64,000 nucleotides of DNA from positions 1,568,001-1,632,000 of the forward strand of contig CAWCYI010000004.1 in the NCBI GenBank assembly GCA_963799845.1. Direction: 5' to 3'. A program made the position numbers and the translations under genes. The first letter of the stretch is position 1, and the number at the start of each line of letters is the position of its first letter. Under the pieces are notes generated by a model. That model saw only the letters and a list, made by a program, of their open reading frames with translations. It had not been told where the DNA came from and did not search any database. The DNA comes from an uncultured Nitrososphaerota archaeon (lineage in GTDB: Archaea; Thermoproteota; Nitrososphaeria; Nitrososphaerales; CADDZS01). Below, piece by piece: positions 58,903 to 64,000 of the stretch.

Positions 58903-60432
58903 TTAGAGTTCTCGCCAGTTGAACTGTTGTTCGAAATGCCGCGCTAATTTGAATAGCGTGGCTTCGTCGAGACGTTTTCCGATCAATTGCAAACCAATTG
59001 GAAATCCTCCTCTCATACCACATGGGACCGTTATTGCCGGATGTCCAGTCAAGTTGAACGCCTCAGTATTGTTCAATAACAACACGCCCCTCGTCAAGGA
59101 TTCCGAGAAAGTGATTTTCTCTTTAAGTTTGGGCGGCTTTACTATCATGGTCGGAGTCACGAGGACGTCAACATGCCCAAGCGCTTCGTCTATATCATCT
59201 CTCAGCTTGTTACGAAGATTCTGCGCCATCGAGTGAAACGAGCTGTAATAATCTTCCCTGAGATATCGACCAATTAACATCGAGCCTTTCAACAACGGCG
59301 GATAGAGGTCGGACATCTCCTTCCTAGCCTTTCCGATGTGTTCGTTCCACTCAGGATTGTACCGGCCACCGTTCCAGTAACCACCGCCGCATGAATCAAA
59401 CATCGCATGCGTTGACTGGACGACGATGGTTATCCAGATTGATCCCGAATCTTTGAAAAGCGGAATCGAAATATCTGACGTCCTAACTCCGAGAGTACTC
59501 AACTTTCCAAGAGTTGCAAGAAAAGATTCTTTGATTTCTGGATCGGTCCCTTCCCAAGCCAGGGATTCGCTAATAGCGCCCACTCGTAAATCAGTTGGAA
59601 GGGGACCTGAGGCTTCTTCTCTGTAATCCACAGGAGATGAAAGAGTTGATCTTGACCACTGTGGGTCGTCTTTATCGGGACCGGAAATTACACCAAGAGT
59701 CGTCGCGGTATCATCGACAGTTCTAGCTATCGGGCAAATGTGGTCAAAGGAATGATCCATGTAAGTTAGTCCGAAAGTTGGAACAATCCCCTGAGTTGGT
59801 TTTATAGAAACTACTCCGCAGCAGCACGCCGGAACTCTGCTACTCCCTCCCTGGTCGACCCCGATCGCTATGTCGACCTGCCCGCTTGCGACTGCAGCTC
59901 CAGAACCTGACGAAGAGCCTCCAGGACTGTATTCGGGATTCATCGGGTTACGCACGGGACCAAAAATACTCGTCTCAGATGTTCCCGAGAATGAATAGTT
60001 GTCCATGTTCATCTTTCCAACAATGTCCCCGCCTGCCTCAAGTATGCGCGTCACTATTGTGGCGTCGTAATTCGGGACGAAATCTTTACTCAGGTCTGAC
60101 GCGTTCGTCATTGGAATTCCTCGTACAGCGATATTGTCTTTGATTCCTAGTTTCTTTCCCTTGAGCGGACCTTCGCCTGAGCCACGGATGAAAATTTTTC
60201 TGATAAAGGCATTGTAAGGATCTTCTTTCCGATCCGGCCTGTAGCCAGTCTCTCTCGCTGGATAGTTTGTGCGAGGCAATTTTTCCGTCAGCGAGCCCAC
60301 CACGTTAGCTTCGTGCATCAATTGTTGAAAGAGATCTTCGATTCCGTCCATCTCCTCATCTTTGAGGTGTATGTGTTCGCTGGTCGATAGTTCTTTGATT
60401 TTTTCTTTGCTTGGAACATTCGCGTGGAGCAT
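58903..60432 (-). CDS. amidase-signature family amidase (copy 3)
   Basis: GIKDN, PGGSSSGSG, DQGGSSRVPA and NLTGHPA. Confidence 0.93.
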   Translation of the reverse strand: MLHANVPSKEKIKELSTSEHIHLKDEEMDGIEDLFQQLMHEANVVGSLTEKLPRTNYPARETGYRPDRKEDPYNAFIRKIFIRGSGEGPLKGKKLGIKDNIAVRGIPMTNASDLSKDFVPNYDATIVTRILEAGGDIVGKMNMDNYSFSGTSETSIFGPVRNPMNPEYSPGGSSSGSGAAVASGQVDIAIGVDQGGSSRVPACCCGVVSIKPTQGIVPTFGLTYMDHSFDHICPIARTVDDTATTLGVISGPDKDDPQWSRSTLSSPVDYREEASGPLPTDLRVGAISESLAWEGTDPEIKESFLATLGKLSTLGVRTSDISIPLFKDSGSIWITIVVQSTHAMFDSCGGGYWNGGRYNPEWNEHIGKARKEMSDLYPPLLKGSMLIGRYLREDYYSSFHSMAQNLRNKLRDDIDEALGHVDVLVTPTMIVKPPKLKEKITFSESLTRGVLLLNNTEAFNLTGHPAITVPCGMRGGFPIGLQLIGKRLDEATLFKLARHFEQQFNWREL

Positions 60433-60515
60433 GTAATCGCTTTGGCGTTATCGAAGATTCATAAACAATTGGACAGCCTACTCGTTAAATAACTGAAAGA
60501 AAGAGCCGCATCCAA

Positions 60516-62531
60516 ATGGCTTCTCTATCTCGGCTCATGGAACCAATCGAGGTAGGGCCTGCCATTTTACGAAATAGGATAATTAGTTCCGCAAATTATT
60601 CGGCTATGGCAGAAAACGGTTTCTTTGGCGAGCGGCTCTCACTGTATCACGCCGAGAAAGCGAAGGGCGGCGTCGCCCTCACGATAACCGAAGAGTTGTC
60701 AGTGCACTTCTCCAGCGATTTTGGGCAACCGAGGAACGTGAGAGCTTACGATAAAGCTGCGACAACCGGATTCAATCTCTTCTCTTCCATGGTGCATGCT
60801 CAAGGAGCTTTAACTGTCGGGCAACTTTGGCACGGTGGAGTGAACCTCGCTAACAGAGATCCGTGGAATCTTAGGATCAATGTCCCACTCTCTGTCAGCC
60901 CGACGTCGAGCACCATGTTTCAGGATGGGACTACCTTTTCAAAAGAGATGACGCTGGAAGACATTTGCGACATACAAAATGGGTACATTGCTTCCGCGAG
61001 AAACCTCATCGAGGGCGGGTTCGATGGAATCGAGATTCACGCAACGCACGGATATCTTCCAAATCAATTTCTTTCACCCCTTTACAATCGAAGGACCGAC
61101 AAGTACGGCGGCTCGAAACAAAACAGGATGAGGTTTCTATCCGAGCTGGTTGAATCACTCGCGGAAGAAACCGCCCACGGGAAACTTCTCGGTATATCGA
61201 TTGTCGGTGACGAATATTTTCCGGGTGGTCTTGGATTGGACGAGACAATTCCAATTATACAAGAGTTGGATGCGACCGGCAAAGTGGATTACTTCATCGT
61301 TACCCCGGGAGGATTCGCTCTCCGATCGAATTTGAACAACCCGCCGATGTATTTTGACTATTCATTATTCAGGAGTACTTTCCCGGCAGTGAAAAAAGTA
61401 TTGAGAAATGCTAAGCTGTTCGCTGTCGGAAGGATCACGAGTCCTGTCCTCGCCGAAGAAATTCTTTCTCGCGGAGAGGCAGATGCCGTCATCATGATGC
61501 GTGCGCAGATCGCCGATCCTCATCTTGCGAACAAGGTGAAGCGAGATCAGCTTGAGGATATAATTCCGTGTGTTGGCTGCAATCAAGCCTGTTACGGCCA
61601 TGTAGTCGGATGGGCAAACCCGATTTCATGTATTCTCAACCCAACTGTCGGAAGAGAGAAGGAATGGGGGGAGGGCACGCTTCAATTGACTGCGAATCCC
61701 AAGAATATTGCAATCGTGGGAGGCGGCCCAGCAGGATGTGAAGCCGCAATAATTGCGTCCAAGCGGGGACACCATGTTACTTTATTCGAGAGGAGTGAAG
61801 CTCTTGGTGGACAGGTCTTGTTGGCTTCTTTCCTCCCGGGAAGATCCGATTTTGTTCTTGCGGTTCAATACTGGAAGAAACAGCTGAAGAAACACAGAGT
61901 AAACATGGTCCTGAACCATGAGGTCACATTGGAGGACATATCAAACAGCAGTTATGATCTTTTGATCATCGCAACAGGATCGAATCCCGACAAGATCGGC
62001 TTTTCTCCGATCTTTACGCTTCGACTAGGCATTCCGGGCGTGGCAGGAAACCCGATCGTAGTGACTCCGGATGAAATTCTACTCGGTTACAAGAATGCTG
62101 GGAGGAGAGTTGTTGTCTACGATGACCAGGGTGATTCAAAGGCTGCTGCGATCTCTGAATTCTTGGCGCAGGATGGGAGAGAGGTCGAGGTAATCTCTAG
62201 GCTTGGCATGCTCGCGCAGTTCTCCGACAATACAACTAGGATAGCTGCCCAATCCCGTGCATTTCAAAAATTTGTGAAATACACTCAGTTCAGCCTTATC
62301 AAAAAAGTCGAAAACAAAACTATCCATGTGACTAACATTTTCAACCAGGCTGACTCGATTCGCGAGAATGTCGACACACTGATACTGGTCACCTGGCGAT
62401 ATCAGGAAAACAAGCTCTACAATGCGCTCAAGCAAATGGGAAAGAAAGTGTTTGCAATCGGAGATTGCGTTTCCCCAAGAACTATCGAAGAAGCTGTATA
62501 CGAAGGCCACAAACTAGGCAGAGAAATTTAG
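60516..62531 (+). CDS. OYE/FadH-type FMN + 4Fe-4S + FAD oxidoreductase
   Basis: LRNRI, KGG..L.ITEE.SVH, GFDGIEIH..HGYL..QFLSP..N.RTD.YGGS, CVGCNQAC...C, GGGPAG and IGDC..PR. Confidence 0.92.
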   Translation: MASLSRLMEPIEVGPAILRNRIISSANYSAMAENGFFGERLSLYHAEKAKGGVALTITEELSVHFSSDFGQPRNVRAYDKAATTGFNLFSSMVHAQGALTVGQLWHGGVNLANRDPWNLRINVPLSVSPTSSTMFQDGTTFSKEMTLEDICDIQNGYIASARNLIEGGFDGIEIHATHGYLPNQFLSPLYNRRTDKYGGSKQNRMRFLSELVESLAEETAHGKLLGISIVGDEYFPGGLGLDETIPIIQELDATGKVDYFIVTPGGFALRSNLNNPPMYFDYSLFRSTFPAVKKVLRNAKLFAVGRITSPVLAEEILSRGEADAVIMMRAQIADPHLANKVKRDQLEDIIPCVGCNQACYGHVVGWANPISCILNPTVGREKEWGEGTLQLTANPKNIAIVGGGPAGCEAAIIASKRGHHVTLFERSEALGGQVLLASFLPGRSDFVLAVQYWKKQLKKHRVNMVLNHEVTLEDISNSSYDLLIIATGSNPDKIGFSPIFTLRLGIPGVAGNPIVVTPDEILLGYKNAGRRVVVYDDQGDSKAAAISEFLAQDGREVEVISRLGMLAQFSDNTTRIAAQSRAFQKFVKYTQFSLIKKVENKTIHVTNIFNQADSIRENVDTLILVTWRYQENKLYNALKQMGKKVFAIGDCVSPRTIEEAVYEGHKLGREI

Positions 62532-62610
62532 GGTTAACAGTCCAGTATGCCGTTTAGCAGAAAATTTCACCAAGCTCTGGCTATGGAGAAGCGCCACGAA
62601 AATAATCTGA

Positions 62611-63393
62611 CTATTCGTAGTACTCTGGAGAATGTTTCAATTTGTTGAACTCACTTTGGTCGTGACCATACAGAAGAGTGCACGTCCGGTGGGTTTTCGC
62701 TTTTGTACTGCGGACGAATTCACCGAGTCTCTCCAGAGATCTCATGTGGGATTTTGCGTCAAGAACTGGACTGCACGGCCACCCGAGGGGGGAAATTGAG
62801 GATTGTCCTGGGAAATTGTCCTTGCTCATGCTGGCATCTCCCGTGACGAGAAATACACCGGATTTCTCGGTCTCGATTGCAACAGACTGATGGCCAGCGG
62901 TGTGGCCCTGAGTGGAAAGGATTGAAACGCCCTTCGCAACCTCGTAATCGCCGTCGATCAACTTCTGAGTTAGACCGACATCAAAACAGGACTTGACGTA
63001 AGTTATCTCGTGAACCTCCGGAACGAGAGCTTCCATCAGTTCCTTTCTCTGAATTATCCAAGTTGCGTTTTTGAAAATTCTGTTGAAGCTGCAGTGATCC
63101 GCGTGGAGATGAGTGTTGATTACAATGTCCACTTCCTCAGGCTTTACTCCGATTCTCGCCAGAGCCCGATCGAGTCTTTGCTCTTCCGTCTGATGGGGAA
63201 CCAGTATCTGTTTTACGAACTCCGGCCAGATTGTAGAATCCATGCCGGTCTCGACGATAATTTTTGCTTCGGGATGATCGATAAAAACGCTCGAGACCTG
63301 CGAGCTGAACGGCTTGCCGATTCCAATCGCGAACGTAACGATGGACTGGTCCTGGACGAACGTACCACCGTCTATGAAATAGACCTTAGTCAT
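62611..63393 (-). CDS. metallo-beta-lactamase-fold hydrolase (AHL-lactonase-like)
   Basis: THLHADH, GHTAGH.S, TGDA and GHD. Confidence 0.88.
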   Translation of the reverse strand: MTKVYFIDGGTFVQDQSIVTFAIGIGKPFSSQVSSVFIDHPEAKIIVETGMDSTIWPEFVKQILVPHQTEEQRLDRALARIGVKPEEVDIVINTHLHADHCSFNRIFKNATWIIQRKELMEALVPEVHEITYVKSCFDVGLTQKLIDGDYEVAKGVSILSTQGHTAGHQSVAIETEKSGVFLVTGDASMSKDNFPGQSSISPLGWPCSPVLDAKSHMRSLERLGEFVRSTKAKTHRTCTLLYGHDQSEFNKLKHSPEYYE

Positions 63394-63473
63394 ATGAACT
63401 TATCACAGAATTCTTCGGATAATTATCTCTTTTCGGACTATATCGACACTAATTTACTTCTGTCTGTTTTAGA

Positions 63474-64000
63474 TTATAGAAATGCTCGGATTACCTCTGT
63501 AAAATTCTTGCCCACTGGGACTACTAGAGGATGCGTTACCCCTGCAGAACGGAATTCTTCAACCCTTCGAAGTACGTCCGATTTCGTCCCAGAAGCTGTT
63601 GTCATCTGGACGATTTGATCAGGGACTAGCTCATTTAGAAGCTCACTCTTTCCACCGTCAACCGCTTTTTTCATTTCCCCAATTGGCAGGTCGAATCCGG
63701 AAGCTTCCATGACCGGCCTCGCACCCGGGTGAATGAAGACCCTCCCCACGAGTTGCTTTGAGATTCTTATCGCCTTACTTCTGTCGGCATCCAAAGATAC
63801 AATTATTCTGGCCGAAAAATCGACGGATCCTTTCTTCCTGCGGTGGCTAGATTCCGACATTTCAATTCTTTTGATTACATCCTTAACATATGGAACAGTG
63901 CAGCAAAGGGTAATGAGAACTCCATCGCAAAGCTGCCCTGCAAGATCCATCATTTTTGGGCCTTGCTGTCCAAGGTAAATTGGAATGTTGTCTTGAATTG
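63474..64000 (-). CDS. LLM-class oxidoreductase, C-terminal part (runs off the window)
   Basis: The frame is open to the edge: IPIYLGQQGPKMMDLAGQLCDGV...AGVTHP. Confidence 0.85.
   Translation of the reverse strand, partial: IQDNIPIYLGQQGPKMMDLAGQLCDGVLITLCCTVPYVKDVIKRIEMSESSHRRKKGSVDFSARIIVSLDADRSKAIRISKQLVGRVFIHPGARPVMEASGFDLPIGEMKKAVDGGKSELLNELVPDQIVQMTTASGTKSDVLRRVEEFRSAGVTHPLVVPVGKNFTEVIRAFL

Noticed and set aside
54097-60432. gatA (Glu-tRNA amidotransferase subunit A) call for the amidases
   Set aside because: There are three copies in a catabolic context with no gatB/gatC nearby, and the DQGGS motif and N-terminal extension fit catabolic amidases better.
60516-62531. Mycofactocin-system assignment for the OYE/FadH enzyme
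   Set aside because: The N-terminal motifs are reminiscent, but no mft precursor, radical SAM or other mft genes are in the window.
62611-63393. Quorum-quenching function for the MBL hydrolase
   Set aside because: The HxHxDH family is broad and the motif alone does not specify AHL substrates. A catabolic lactonase or hydrolase role is equally likely.

Overview
The window is gene-dense archaeal chromosomal DNA. The archaeal call rests on TrmB, Bat-type HTH, stand-alone Lrp/AsnC and Sec11-type signal peptidase genes, frequent TTG/GTG starts and a TATA-proximal start at mntH. A heterotrophic Nitrososphaerota-like organism is my inference, not a tested assignment. From left to right it contains: (1) 1-~4.8 kb, the end of a probable integrated mobile element (MoxR-type ATPase tail, HExxH-peptidase/vWA gene, DUF2958, small co-oriented unknown ORFs), followed by a deletion scar; (2) 6-44 kb, mixed accessory genes: a G1 glutamic peptidase, a decayed PIN toxin-antitoxin pair, envelope/membrane genes, GH3, an unusual 920-aa tandem classical-AAA + Lon-protease fusion, mntH/MntR with a visible operator, an arsenic cluster (aquaporin-arsC, HTH-arsM) and several regulators; (3) 44-64 kb, a bacterial-type DyP and a catabolic island (acyl-CoA ligase, Opp/Dpp ABC transporter, non-canonical alpha/beta hydrolase, three amidases, two LLM oxidoreductases, an OYE/FadH-type flavoenzyme and an MBL hydrolase) that runs off the right edge. 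About seven otherwise intact genes carry small frameshifts, probably assembly errors. I saw no rRNA, tRNA, CRISPR array, integrase or transposase. All family assignments come from motif recognition by eye, with no database searches.
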